Assembly: GCA_038040265.1 (NCBI GenBank)
Contig: JBBPIP010000003.1
Coordinates: 31,573-95,572, forward strand
Source: Chloroflexota bacterium
GTDB taxonomy: Bacteria > Chloroflexota > Limnocylindria > P2-11E
DNA: 64,000 nt
Direction of reading: 5' to 3'
Part shown: positions 45,019 through 54,667 of the stretch, piece after piece
How the letters are laid out: each line of letters begins with the position of its first letter
How positions within the stretch are numbered: position 1 is the stretch's first letter
The notes under the pieces: generated by a model
What the model saw: the letters and a program-made list of their open reading frames with translations, nothing else
Databases searched by the model: none
Told to the model about the DNA's origin: nothing
Program-made: the position numbers and the translations under genes

Positions 45019-45087
45019 AGGGCCTTTCGGCTCGTCAGCGGGGCCATTTGGCCCTATGTGTTGTCGGTCTTAGGGCCCAAGGTGACC
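45019..45087. promoter_or_regulatory. three phased 5-4-5 dyads upstream of the Rieske operon
   Basis: The sites are 45019 AGGGCC-TTTC-GGCTCG, 45040 GGGGCC-ATTT-GGCCCT and 45072 AGGGCC-CAAG-GTGACC. They are spaced 21 and 32 bp apart. Confidence 0.55.
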
Positions 45088-45167
45088 CCACAACCTTGAG
45101 AGGCTGCTGAGCGAGAGTGTCTGCACGCACCACCAGGCGGCCGGCGATTTCATCGAGGGAGTCGGGC

Positions 45168-45695
45168 GTGACGCACCAAGTTGGCGAGCCGAACGAAGCC
45201 CGCGGGCCGAACGAAGCGCGCGATCTCGGTAGACGGGACTTCATCAGCACCATCGGATTTTGGATCGCGACGGTGGCGTCGGCTGCAATCCTCGGTATCC
45301 CTTCCGCCCGCTTCGCGGTCGGCAAGTCCTTGGAAAAGGTGGTGGAGCACTGGGTTCCGGTCGGTGCCGTTGATGCGCTCAAGCCTGGCGAGTTCACATC
45401 TGTCGTCTATTCGTTCCGGGTCAAGGATGCGTGGCGCGAGGTGAAGAAGGAGGGGCTCATCTACGTGCGACCGGCACCGCCGGGAGGGGCCAGCGACTTC
45501 CAGGCGCTGTCCGGCGTCTGCACGCATCTGGGGTGCAATGTGCGGTGGAGCAAAGAGACGTCGCGTTTCGCCTGCCCCTGCCATTCCGGCGTTTACGACT
45601 CCGACGGAGCCGTGATCTCCGGTCCCCCACCGAGGCCGCTTCGCCAGCTCGAGACGCGAGTCACCGAAGACGGCGTTCTCGAAGCGAACATCTAG
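45168..45695 (+). CDS. Rieske [2Fe-2S] protein with a Tat-type signal anchor
   Basis: GTG 45168 follows GAGGGAG. It has [14 protein letters not shown] and CPCHSG. Confidence 0.85.
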   Translation: MTHQVGEPNEARGPNEARDLGRRDFISTIGFWIATVASAAILGIPSARFAVGKSLEKVVEHWVPVGAVDALKPGEFTSVVYSFRVKDAWREVKKEGLIYVRPAPPGGASDFQALSGVCTHLGCNVRWSKETSRFACPCHSGVYDSDGAVISGPPPRPLRQLETRVTEDGVLEANI

Positions 45696-45700
45696 CCGCC

Positions 45701-46753
45701 ATGAGCACAGTCCTTCGTTGGCTTGATCAGAGGACCGGCTGGAGCGGGCCCATACGAACCATCTTCCGCTACCCCGTGCCGGCGCACGCACATCACAATC
45801 CGCTCTTCACCATGGGCTCGCTGCTCTTGGTGCTCTTTGGGGTCCAAGCCTTCACGGGCGCGCTCATGGCGTTCTACTACGACCCTTCGCCCGAAGGTGC
45901 CTATGCCAGCGTGGACTACATGCAGTTCATCCTGCCGTTCGGGTGGCTCGTGCGGGGTGTCCATCACTGGGCGGCCTCGGCGATGGTCGTCATCGTGGTG
46001 CTCCATCTCCTGCGGACCTACCTCTATAGCGCGTACAAGAAGCCCCGGGAGTTGACATGGTTGGTGGGGGTAGTTCTCCTGCTGATCACCGTTTCCTTCG
46101 GCTTCACCGGATACCTGCTGCCCTGGGACCAGAAGGGTTTCTGGGCGACGCAGGTCGGCACCGAGATCGCGGGCTCGGTCCCCGCAATCGGGTCTGCGCT
46201 CCGCGACCTGATGCGCGGCGGCGCAGACATGGGCATTGCCACGCTGACGCGTTTCTACTCAGTGCACATGCTCCTGCTGCCGGGAGCGTTCGTGGTGCTC
46301 GTGCTGGCTCACCTGGCGCTCATGCGCCGCCACGGGCTCGCGCCGGCACTCGTCCGCAAGGGCGAAGGGCAGGAAAAGACCGTGCCCTTCTATCCGACGC
46401 ATCTCGCGATCGAAGCGGGGGTCGCCCTCGTCGTCATCGTGGGTCTGGTTGTGGCGGCAAACCTGGTCCCGGCACCGCTGGACCTGCGGGCCGACCCGAC
46501 CGACACGTCCTTCGTCCCACGTCCCGACTGGTACTTCCTCTTTTACTTCCAGCTGCTCACGTACTTCCCAGGCGGCCTCGAGGCCATCGGCACGGTGGCA
46601 ATACCGCTCTTCTTCTTCGGCTCGCTCGTTCTGCTGCCGTTCATCGATCGAGGAGCGGAGCGGAGACCTTGGCGAAAGCCGGTCACGTCCGTTGCGTTCG
46701 TTCTCTATGCGGTTGCGGTCATTCTCCTGACGATTCGTGGTGCCAGTGGCTAG
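45701..46753 (+). CDS. cytochrome b (b6 plus subunit IV fused type)
   Basis: ATG 45701. The four haem His residues sit in GVHHWAAS..VVLHLL and YSVHMLL..VLAHLAL. It also has the PDWYFLFYFQ motif. Confidence 0.85.
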   Translation: MSTVLRWLDQRTGWSGPIRTIFRYPVPAHAHHNPLFTMGSLLLVLFGVQAFTGALMAFYYDPSPEGAYASVDYMQFILPFGWLVRGVHHWAASAMVVIVVLHLLRTYLYSAYKKPRELTWLVGVVLLLITVSFGFTGYLLPWDQKGFWATQVGTEIAGSVPAIGSALRDLMRGGADMGIATLTRFYSVHMLLLPGAFVVLVLAHLALMRRHGLAPALVRKGEGQEKTVPFYPTHLAIEAGVALVVIVGLVVAANLVPAPLDLRADPTDTSFVPRPDWYFLFYFQLLTYFPGGLEAIGTVAIPLFFFGSLVLLPFIDRGAERRPWRKPVTSVAFVLYAVAVILLTIRGASG

Positions 46754-46799
46754 CGACATCTCAGCGACGGCCGGGGCGGCTGAAAGGATTCGTGGACGT

Positions 46800-47780
46800 A
46801 TGTGGAAGCGGCTCGTCGGCTTAATTCTCGTAGTCCTGATTGCCGGGGCCTGCGGCGCAGCTAACGCGGCCGCGCCCAACGAGCTCCTCGCGGCAAAAGG
46901 AGCGCCGAGCTCGCTGGCGCCTGACGACGGGGCGTGGAGGGATGCCGGCGTCATGACCGTCACGACGGCGGTGATCGCGGGTTCCGCGGCCAAACAAGGC
47001 GTCGAGGTCCAAGCGCAGGCCCTGTACAGCGGCACGGACATGTGGTTCCGGTTCGTTTGGGCCGATCCCACGCAAAGCGCAGACCGCTTCTGGACGTACG
47101 ACGGTACGAAGTGGACGTCCGGGGGCAACGAGGATCGTCTCTCGCTCCTCTGGGAGATCAGTCCCCTGGACAGGTTCCAGACGCGCGGCTGCACCGCGGC
47201 GTGCCATAACCCCGTGTCCGATCCCCTGGAGAAGTGGTACATGGTCACGCCCAGCTTCGATGCTCGTGGTGACAACTGGCAGTGGATCGCAGGCCGAACC
47301 AACCCAGTCGGCCAGGCCGACGACAAGACCCTCGTCGGTTTCCTTCCGACCGCCACGAGCCTGGGCTCGAGCTTCGTGAACGACGCGACCGAGAAGGGCG
47401 GCTCCACGAACAACAGGACCGCGGACGGCTTGGGTCCGGCGAAGATGCAGGATCCGTCGAAGCCGGCTTCCGCGGGAAGCGGATTCCTCCTCGCGTCTGA
47501 GGCCGTCAACATCGACGTGTCCAAGTTCAAGGCCGGTGACAAGGTCCCGCGCGACCTGCTCGCGCCGACGGTGGGCAGTCGCGGCGACATCGATGCCAAG
47601 GGCGTCTATGCCAGCGGCAAGTGGACGGTGGTCCTCCATCGCCACCTGGACACCGGGAACGACGATGACATCCAGTTCGTTCCGGGTAGGACCATTCCGT
47701 TCGGCCTGGCAGTGTTCGATAACGTCTCAGGGTTCAGTCATACGGTGTCGGGCGATCCTCTCTATCTGAAGTTCAAGTAG
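46800..47780 (+). CDS. lipoprotein with an EB_dh / cytochrome c-552-like haem-binding domain (one CxxCH)
   Basis: ATG 46800. It has the lipobox LIAGAC and the haem c motif CTAACH. The domain reads GTDMWFRFVWAD...LAVFDN. Confidence 0.7.
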   Translation: MWKRLVGLILVVLIAGACGAANAAAPNELLAAKGAPSSLAPDDGAWRDAGVMTVTTAVIAGSAAKQGVEVQAQALYSGTDMWFRFVWADPTQSADRFWTYDGTKWTSGGNEDRLSLLWEISPLDRFQTRGCTAACHNPVSDPLEKWYMVTPSFDARGDNWQWIAGRTNPVGQADDKTLVGFLPTATSLGSSFVNDATEKGGSTNNRTADGLGPAKMQDPSKPASAGSGFLLASEAVNIDVSKFKAGDKVPRDLLAPTVGSRGDIDAKGVYASGKWTVVLHRHLDTGNDDDIQFVPGRTIPFGLAVFDNVSGFSHTVSGDPLYLKFK

Positions 47781-47854
47781 CGGGCGCGGGGTCAAGCAGC
47801 CGGTCGGCAAGCTCCCCGCCGTGCGTTCTTCAGAGGCGGAGAGCCCGGTCACTC

Positions 47855-47870
47855 GGTGCCATTCGGCCCT
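47855..47870. promoter_or_regulatory. 5-4-5 dyad upstream of the PNPOx-like gene
   Basis: GGTGCC-ATTC-GGCCCT, which is AGGGCC-GAAT-GGCACC on the other strand. It lies 110 nt upstream of ATG 47980. Confidence 0.5.
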
Positions 47871-47979
47871 GATCAACGGGCGCACTGCGCCGCGATGCTT
47901 GTACGCGCGGACGCCGGGCCGGCACGGCATTGGCTGACGGTTCGTAATTGGGCAGTAGGGAGACGCAGGGAGGTCGCGA

Positions 47980-48441
47980 ATGAGAAGTCTGAGTCACGAG
48001 GCGGACGAAGCACAGTTCGACGCGGCGATTGAAGTTCTAACGGAGGACGAGTGTGTCGCCCGGCTCCACTTTCGCGACATTGGGCGGATCGCCTTTGACT
48101 TCGAAGGCAAGGTAGAGATCTTTCCGGTCAACTACGGCATGGACGGCGCGATCATCGTCTTCCGGACCGGCCCCGGCACTAAGCTCGAGAGGGTGCCAAA
48201 GTCAGAGGTCGCGTTTGAAATAGATAGCTGGGATCCTGAGATCGGCGTCGGTTGGAGCGTGGTGGCTCGAGGCCTCGCCGAGGAGATCACTACGGATCCG
48301 GGACGAGTAGCGGAGCATCTCCGCTGGGTGCCCGTCCATCCGGTCGCTCCCGGCGACCGCTCGCATTGGCTCGCGATCAAGCCGACCGAAATCACCGGAC
48401 GGGAGTTCCACGTGCCGCCTCCTCAGGGTGAGCGTGCGTAG
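47980..48441 (+). CDS. pyridoxamine 5'-phosphate oxidase family (split-barrel flavin/F420-binding) protein
   Basis: 153 aa. Sequence reads ...IGRIAFDFEGKVEIFPVNY...FEIDSWDPE..GWSVVARG. Confidence 0.7.
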   Translation: MRSLSHEADEAQFDAAIEVLTEDECVARLHFRDIGRIAFDFEGKVEIFPVNYGMDGAIIVFRTGPGTKLERVPKSEVAFEIDSWDPEIGVGWSVVARGLAEEITTDPGRVAEHLRWVPVHPVAPGDRSHWLAIKPTEITGREFHVPPPQGERA

Positions 48442-48536
48442 GAGCGTCCGTCTCATAGTCGACTGAGTTGGACAACCTCGTCGGCTCGCTTGCGAGCAGC
48501 GCGAGCTCGCGCAGGTGTGTCAGAGGCGGTGTGTGA

Positions 48537-49640
48537 TCAATCGCTGAGCGCACGGACCTCGCGCGCGATCACGAGATCCTCACGCGCCACGACGACGACG
48601 ACCGTGACCGGACCGGCGACGAGGACTCGGTCGCCGTCGACCGCGTTGTCAGCAACGCTTGGTGCGCCGATCGAAGCGAGACGACGCACGATTCCCGCCC
48701 GCACGGTAGCGGCGTGCTCGCCGATCCCGCCCGTGAACACGACCGCGTCCAGACGCGGGAGTGCGGTCGCCGCCGCGGCGATCGCTCCAGCCGCCGAACG
48801 CTCGAATACGGCGATGGCGAGCGCGGCGCGGTCGTCGGTCGTCGCGATCGCGACGAGCTCGCGCATCTCGGCCGTCCGACCGGACAGCGCGAGCAGACCC
48901 GAGTGATGCTCGAGCACGTCCTCGAGCGCGCGCGCGTCGAGCCTGTGGTCCCGCTGCGCGGCGAGCAGGATGCCGGGGTCGACCGATCCCGCCCGCGTTC
49001 CCATGACGAGGCCCTCGAGAGGCGTCATTCCCATCGAGGTGCTGACCGAGCGGCCGTGCCACACCGCGGTCACCGAGCAGCCATTGCCAAGGTGGGCGAC
49101 GACGATGCCGAGGTCGGCGCGCCCCAGGAGCGCGGCCGCGCGCTCGACCGACCACGTGACCGAGAGACCGTGGAATCCATACCGCCGATACCCCCACTCC
49201 CAGTACCAGTCATACGGAAGCGCGTAGACGTACCCCTCCTCCGGCAGCGTCGCGTGAAAGGCCGAATCGAAAGCTGCCGCGTGCGGGATGCGAGGTAGCG
49301 CGCTGCGCGCAGCGGCGATGACCTCAGCAGCTGGGGGGTTGTGGAGCGGCGCGAGCCAGGCAAGCTCGCGGATCCTCTTCAGCACGGCGTCATCGATCAC
49401 GGTCGTTCGTGTGAAGACCGAGCCGCCGTGGACCACGCGATGGCCGACCGCGTCGATGGTGGCGACATCGACTCCCGCATCTTTCACAGCTCGGAGCGTC
49501 TGACGAAACGCCTCGGACGCTTCGCCGACGCCGCGCATGGGAACCGTGACGCTGGCCTCGGCGAGCTCCGAATCGCGGGCGAGCACACTTGCTTTGAGCG
49601 TCGACGACCCGGCGTTCAGGACGAGCACGCGCTGCTGCAT
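48537..49640 (-). CDS. ackA: acetate kinase
   Basis: Internal ATG 49640 ([16 protein letters not shown]). It contains HRVVHGG and GFHGLS. Confidence 0.9.
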   Translation of the reverse strand: MQQRVLVLNAGSSTLKASVLARDSELAEASVTVPMRGVGEASEAFRQTLRAVKDAGVDVATIDAVGHRVVHGGSVFTRTTVIDDAVLKRIRELAWLAPLHNPPAAEVIAAARSALPRIPHAAAFDSAFHATLPEEGYVYALPYDWYWEWGYRRYGFHGLSVTWSVERAAALLGRADLGIVVAHLGNGCSVTAVWHGRSVSTSMGMTPLEGLVMGTRAGSVDPGILLAAQRDHRLDARALEDVLEHHSGLLALSGRTAEMRELVAIATTDDRAALAIAVFERSAAGAIAAAATALPRLDAVVFTGGIGEHAATVRAGIVRRLASIGAPSVADNAVDGDRVLVAGPVTVVVVVAREDLVIAREVRALSD

Positions 49641-49697
49641 CCGGGCGAGACTAGGCCGCGCCGGGGCTGGTCGCAGGGGGTGCAAGGGAGAGACGAC

Positions 49698-52118
49698 ATG
49701 TCGATGAAGACGAAAGCACTCACCAACGCATCGCTCAGCGAGGATGAGCTCCGTCGCATCGACGCGTACTGGCGAGCGGCGAATTACCTCGCAGTCGGTC
49801 AGATCTACCTGCTCGACAATCCTCTCCTGCGCGAACCGCTGCGCGCGGAGCACGTGAAGCCCCGCCTCCTCGGCCACTGGGGCACGACCCCGGGACTGAA
49901 CTTCATCTACGTGCACATGAACCGCGCGATCAAGAAATGGGATCTCGAAGCCATCTTCATCGCGGGTCCGGGGCACGGCGGCCCCGCGGTACTCGCCAAC
50001 GTCTATCTCGAAGGCACCTACAGCGAGATCTACCCGGACATCACGCGCGATACCGCGGGCATGACGAAGCTCTTCCGGCAGTTCTCATTTCCTGGCGGCG
50101 TCCCGAGCCACGTTTCGGCGGAGATCCCGGGTTCGATCCACGAGGGTGGGGAACTCGGCTACTCGCTAGCGCACGCGTACGGCGCTGCGCTCGACGACCC
50201 GTCGCTCCTCGTTTGCTGCGTTATCGGGGACGGGGAGGCGGAGACGGGGGCGCTGGCCGCCTCATGGCACTCGAACAAGTTTCTCGATCCGATCCACGAC
50301 GGCGCCGTGCTGCCGATCCTGCACCTGAATGGTTACAAGATCGCGAACCCAGCGGTCCTCGCACGGATGCCGAAGCGCGAGCTGGTAGCGCTGCTCGAGG
50401 GATACGGACACGTCCCGATCTTCGTCGAAGGCGACGAGCCCAGCGCAATGCATCACCTGATGGCGGCCGCAGTCGATCGCGCTATCAGTGAGATCCGCCG
50501 CGTCAAAGACGATGCACGCCGTACCGGCCACACCCAACGGCAGCCCACACCTTTGATCGTGCTCCGCACGCCGAAGGGATGGACCGGACCGAAGGTGGTC
50601 GACGGAAAGCCGGTCGAAGGCACATGGCGTTCGCACCAGGTGCCGGTCGACGCGGCCCGGGCGAATCCCGAGCACCGCGCCGTCCTCGAGAAATGGCTGC
50701 GCTCGTACCGGCCCGAGGAGCTATTCGACGAGAACGGCAGGCTCGTCCCCGAGCTCGCGGCCCTTGCGCCGGAGGGCGAGCGCCGAATGAGCGCGAACCC
50801 GCGCGCGAACGGCGGATCGCTGCTCAGGGATCTCGACATGCCGGACTTCCGTGCGTACGGGGTCGCCGTTCCCGCGCCTGGCGCGACCTCCGCGGAGCCC
50901 ACGCGCGTCCTCGGAACGTTCCTCCGCGACGTGATCGCTCGGAACCAGGACCGGTTCCGGCTCCTCGGCCCCGACGAAACCACGTCGAACCGGCTGGGCG
51001 CAGTGTTCGAGGTGACGGACCGCGTCTTCAGCGACGACATCCTCCCGACCGACGAGCACATCGCACCGCACGGGCGCGTCATGGAGGTGCTGTCGGAGCA
51101 GATGATCGAAGGTTGGCTCGAGGGATATCTCCTCACCGGTCGCCACGGGCTCTTCAACTGCTACGAGGCCTTCATTCACATCGTCGACTCGATGTTCAAC
51201 CAGCACGCGAAGTGGCTGAAGGTCACGCGCGCGCTCCCCTGGCGCCGGCCGATCGCGTCGCTCAACTACCTCCTCTCCTCGCACGTCTGGCGCCAGGATC
51301 ACAACGGCTTCTCGCACCAGGACCCGGGATTCATCGACCACGTCGTGAACAAGAAGGCCGAGATCATCCGCGTCTACCTGCCGCCTGATGCAAACACGCT
51401 GCTGTCAGTCGCGGACCACTGCCTGCGCAGCCGCAATTACGTCAACGTGATCGTCGCCGGGAAACAGATGGAGCAGAACTGGCTCTCGATTGACGAGGCG
51501 ATCCGCCACTGCACGCGCGGTATCGGCGTCTGGGAGTGGGCGAGCAACGACGAAGGCGGCGACCCCGACGTCGTGCTCGCGTGCTCAGGCGACGTGCCGA
51601 CGCTTGAGACTCTTGCCGCGGTGGATCTCATACGACGGCACCTGCCCGATCTGCGGGTGCGCGTCGTGAACGTCGTCGACCTCATGCGACTCCAGCAGGA
51701 CACCGAGCACCCCCACGGTCTGCCGGACCGGGACTTCGACGCGCTCTTCACGACGCACAAGCCGGTGATCTTCGCGTACCACGGATATCCGTGGCTCATC
51801 CACCGCCTGGCGTACCGACGAAAGAACCATCCGAACCTGCACGTGCGCGGGTATAAGGAGGAAGGCACGACGACGACGCCCTTCGACATGGTCATGCTCA
51901 ACGACCTCGACCGGTTCCATCTGGTAATGGATGTCATCGATCGGGTGCCGGGTCTTCGCGAGCGGGCCGGCGAGGTGCGTCAGCTCATGCAGGAGAAGCG
52001 GCTTGCATGCCGGGCGTACACACGCGAGCACGGTGAGGATGCGCCGGAGATCACAGGATGGAGCTGGCCGGCCGGTCCGCGAAAGTCGGCCCGAAGCTCC
52101 ACAGGTTCGCGTAGCTGA
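49698..52118 (+). CDS. xfp: phosphoketolase (xylulose-5-P/fructose-6-P)
   Basis: ATG 49698 follows GGGAGAG. It contains [15 protein letters not shown] and GDGEAETG. It is divergent from ackA. Confidence 0.9.
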   Translation: MSMKTKALTNASLSEDELRRIDAYWRAANYLAVGQIYLLDNPLLREPLRAEHVKPRLLGHWGTTPGLNFIYVHMNRAIKKWDLEAIFIAGPGHGGPAVLANVYLEGTYSEIYPDITRDTAGMTKLFRQFSFPGGVPSHVSAEIPGSIHEGGELGYSLAHAYGAALDDPSLLVCCVIGDGEAETGALAASWHSNKFLDPIHDGAVLPILHLNGYKIANPAVLARMPKRELVALLEGYGHVPIFVEGDEPSAMHHLMAAAVDRAISEIRRVKDDARRTGHTQRQPTPLIVLRTPKGWTGPKVVDGKPVEGTWRSHQVPVDAARANPEHRAVLEKWLRSYRPEELFDENGRLVPELAALAPEGERRMSANPRANGGSLLRDLDMPDFRAYGVAVPAPGATSAEPTRVLGTFLRDVIARNQDRFRLLGPDETTSNRLGAVFEVTDRVFSDDILPTDEHIAPHGRVMEVLSEQMIEGWLEGYLLTGRHGLFNCYEAFIHIVDSMFNQHAKWLKVTRALPWRRPIASLNYLLSSHVWRQDHNGFSHQDPGFIDHVVNKKAEIIRVYLPPDANTLLSVADHCLRSRNYVNVIVAGKQMEQNWLSIDEAIRHCTRGIGVWEWASNDEGGDPDVVLACSGDVPTLETLAAVDLIRRHLPDLRVRVVNVVDLMRLQQDTEHPHGLPDRDFDALFTTHKPVIFAYHGYPWLIHRLAYRRKNHPNLHVRGYKEEGTTTTPFDMVMLNDLDRFHLVMDVIDRVPGLRERAGEVRQLMQEKRLACRAYTREHGEDAPEITGWSWPAGPRKSARSSTGSRS

Positions 52119-52320
52119 TCGGTTCGATTTGGCGCCAGTCGTGCCCGCTGCCCCAGCCGTTCACACAGAAGGCCCAGGAGTCCCGATACCGCGTAATCGG
52201 CGCGCGGTCCTTTGCCCAGACGCGGTGCGCAATGCAGTAGTACAGAACGAGCGATCCACCGGCACGCTCTTGCCGGGGCGCATCGGTGCGCTCCGTCGCT
52301 TCGCGGAAAAGCGTCGACAT
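52051..52320 (-). CDS. small Cys/His protein, paralogue 3 of 3
   Basis: ATG 52320 is preceded by GAGGAGGG. Sequence reads ...[53 protein letters not shown]. It overlaps the xfp 3' end by 68 nt. Confidence 0.5.
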   Translation of the reverse strand: MSTLFREATERTDAPRQERAGGSLVLYYCIAHRVWAKDRAPITRYRDSWAFCVNGWGSGHDWRQIEPISYANLWSFGPTFADRPASSIL

Positions 52321-52385
52321 GGCACCCTCCTCAGGGGCCTCAAAAGGCTCGATGAACACAATCCGCCGCCCGCTTGACCGGCGAA

Positions 52386-52401
52386 AGGGCCGAAAGTCAC
52401 C
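52386..52401. promoter_or_regulatory. 5-4-5 dyad upstream of the small Cys/His gene
   Basis: AGGGCC-GAAA-GTCACC lies 66 nt upstream of the start at 52320 (minus strand). Confidence 0.5.
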
Positions 52402-52419
52402 TTCGCGTGCGTGATTGCC

Positions 52420-52926
52420 CTACGGCCGCGATACCTCGAGCTCGAACCGGAGCCCTTCTCTATCGGGCCGCGCTCGCAGCGGAATGCCGCAGTCGCGAAG
52501 CAGGTCGGTCATTCGGACGTTGTCGGATAGGACGTAACCCTCCAGGACGTCGACGCCGCGCGACGCGGCGACCTCGGCGAGCTTCCTAAGAAGGATGGTT
52601 CCGAGGCCTCGCCTCTGGTGGCTATCCGCGATCACCAGGGCGACCTCGGCACGATGTTCGGTCGTACGCACGTACCAGGTGTGGCCGACGCAGCGCCCAT
52701 CCGGCGCGAAGGCGATCACTCCTGACTGCTCGACCGCAGCCCGAGCCGCGCTGGGCAGATGTACCGCGGTCGTGGCGAAACGCATCGCTCGAGAGTGGAT
52801 CGAGAGCGAACGCAGGAGTCCGACCACCGCGTCTTCGTCGCCCACGTCGGCAGGGCGCAGGTGGACGATCGAGCCGTCGCGGAGAATAGTCGCGATGGTG
52901 CGTGCCGACCGGGCCAGTGTTTCCAC
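52420..52926 (-). CDS. GNAT family N-acetyltransferase
   Basis: GTG 52926 lies inside ORF 52420..53676. It has the acetyl-CoA motif HQRRGLGTILLRKL. Confidence 0.75.
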   Translation of the reverse strand: METLARSARTIATILRDGSIVHLRPADVGDEDAVVGLLRSLSIHSRAMRFATTAVHLPSAARAAVEQSGVIAFAPDGRCVGHTWYVRTTEHRAEVALVIADSHQRRGLGTILLRKLAEVAASRGVDVLEGYVLSDNVRMTDLLRDCGIPLRARPDREGLRFELEVSRP

Positions 52927-53000
52927 CGCTCGATGGTGAACCGGGACCGCGCCACCGACCAGGGCCGTTGGGCCACCGGCCGAAGGGTCCGTCGGCCCAC

Positions 53001-53579
53001 CTAGACCCGGACGAGGAACTCCCAGAGCGAGGCAATCAAGAAAAGCGGTGTGATGACGACGTAGGCGAGTAGCGCGTCTCGCAGGCGATCGGTCGGCAGG
53101 CCGAGCCTCGTGGCTGTCGCGGTCTTGGATCTGAGCTGTGCCCACGCGCCGACTCCGACGCGAACCCCGACGCCACCCGCGATCGAATACGGGACGAGCT
53201 GCAGGATGAGCGTGACGAGGTAATAGACCGCGCTCCCGGGGTCGGCTAGACGGCTCCGGTGCTCGCCATCGAGGACCACGATCCCGCCGATCCATCCGCG
53301 ATACGCGACGACCGGGTAGAGGCCGACGATGGAGGTGCCGAAGGCCGTACTGGTGAGGCCCCCGGCGACGAGATTCGAGGAGAAGTCGAGCAGCGCGGCG
53401 CGGACATGATCGCCAGACCGATTTGCGGTGGTGATCGCGCTCGATCGGGCCGCGCCCACCACCGCATCGCGCTGCGCTATCGCGAGGGCGTTCCCGCTCG
53501 TGGCCATAACGATTCCGAAGATGACAGAGAGCGCGTAGCTGACGAACACGGTCGCGATCGCCACGCGAGCCGCCACCAC
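53001..53579 (-). CDS. SpoIIM/DUF95-like integral membrane protein
   Basis: 192 aa with 5-6 TM helices. The family assignment is tentative. Confidence 0.5.
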   Translation of the reverse strand: MVAARVAIATVFVSYALSVIFGIVMATSGNALAIAQRDAVVGAARSSAITTANRSGDHVRAALLDFSSNLVAGGLTSTAFGTSIVGLYPVVAYRGWIGGIVVLDGEHRSRLADPGSAVYYLVTLILQLVPYSIAGGVGVRVGVGAWAQLRSKTATATRLGLPTDRLRDALLAYVVITPLFLIASLWEFLVRV

Positions 53580-53646
53580 GGATCGGACCGCCGAGCGAAA
53601 GAGTCCGACCAGGCCGCCAGCATGAGGGACCGTGCCCGACGCCCAC

Positions 53647-53684
53647 AGGGCCGAACGTCACTTCGCCCAAGGACAAGTGGCCCT
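53647..53684. promoter_or_regulatory. two 5-4-5 dyads upstream of the BON gene
   Basis: The sites are 53647 AGGGCC-GAAC-GTCACT and 53669 AAGGAC-AAGT-GGCCCT. Confidence 0.5.
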
Positions 53685-53759
53685 GACGAATGGCGCCGCA
53701 GGCGACTAGAGGACCGATTCACGGGGGACGACAGTCGAAGCGAAATGGAGGGTCCGAAG

Positions 53760-54434
53760 ATGACGATCCTTCTCCCGCTGACCAAGGACGACGCAGAGCT
53801 CCAGGCCAACGTCCTCGCCGAGATCGCACGCGACCCCCGGTTCCGGCCGGCCGAGATCGGAGTCGAAGTGGACTCCGGCGTGGTGACTCTCACTGGCACG
53901 GTCTCCAGTTACCCGAAGCTCGCTGCGGCCGCCGAGATCGCCGCCGAGATTGCCGGGGTCAAGGGTGTCGCCAACGACCTCACGCTCGAGATGTCCAGCG
54001 CGTTCGCTCGCACCGACACCGAGCTCGTCGCCGCAATCCGTGAGACCCTCCGATGGGACGTCGACGTCCCGGACGAGAAGGTCGAGATCATCGTTCGGAA
54101 TGGTCGAGTCACCCTGAAAGGGACCGTTGAGTACTGGTACGAGCGCGTCGCCGCGGTGAAGGCGGTGGAGCGCCTGTCCGGTGTGGTCGCGGTCTCCGAC
54201 CAGGTCGCGGTCAAGCCCCAGCGTCTCGCCGACGCCGCCGTCGCCGCTGAGATCGGCGAGGCTATCGCGCGCCGCACGAGCGGAGCCAACCGCATCGCAA
54301 TCGACGTCAAAGTCGGGGCTGTCACCCTGCGAGGGGGCGCGCTCACGCCGCACGACCGATTCCAGGCGGAGAAGGCGGCCTGGAGCACGAAGGGTGTGCG
54401 GACCGTGATCAACGAGATCGACGTCACGTGGTAG
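53760..54434 (+). CDS. BON domain protein (three BON repeats, OsmY-like)
   Basis: ATG 53760 follows GGAGGG. It shows a repeated pattern, V..G.VTL.G.V.........A......GV..V.N.L. Confidence 0.8.
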   Translation: MTILLPLTKDDAELQANVLAEIARDPRFRPAEIGVEVDSGVVTLTGTVSSYPKLAAAAEIAAEIAGVKGVANDLTLEMSSAFARTDTELVAAIRETLRWDVDVPDEKVEIIVRNGRVTLKGTVEYWYERVAAVKAVERLSGVVAVSDQVAVKPQRLADAAVAAEIGEAIARRTSGANRIAIDVKVGAVTLRGGALTPHDRFQAEKAAWSTKGVRTVINEIDVTW

Positions 54435-54667
54435 GAACACGCAGGCATCGCCGATTGGGCGGTGCGGTCACACATAACATTCACAGGCAGCGCCGCCGGA
54501 TCTTCCGCTTTTCGCTGAACTGCTTTTCGTGTGGGCACGAGGCCGGCGAGGTGGATTCGATCGCGGACGCGAAGCTCAGGCGCTGTGAACGTTGCGGTGG
54601 TCAGGTCTTCGTCGAGCGCGACATCGGGACGCCGGTCTACGTCGACGACCGAAGACTCCGACGCTGA
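54428..54667 (+). CDS. possible FmdB-like zinc-ribbon protein
   Basis: Sequence reads FRFSLNCFSCGHEAGEVDSIADAKLRRCERCGGQVFVER. No convincing start codon lies near the finger. It overlaps the ATPase 3' end by about 30 nt. Confidence 0.3.
   Translation: MVGTRRHRRLGGAVTHNIHRQRRRIFRFSLNCFSCGHEAGEVDSIADAKLRRCERCGGQVFVERDIGTPVYVDDRRLRR

Noticed and set aside
46259-47599. 446-aa minus-strand ORF across the cytochrome b and EB_dh genes
   Set aside because: It has shadow-frame composition. The plus-strand genes carry haem-ligand and CxxCH motifs.
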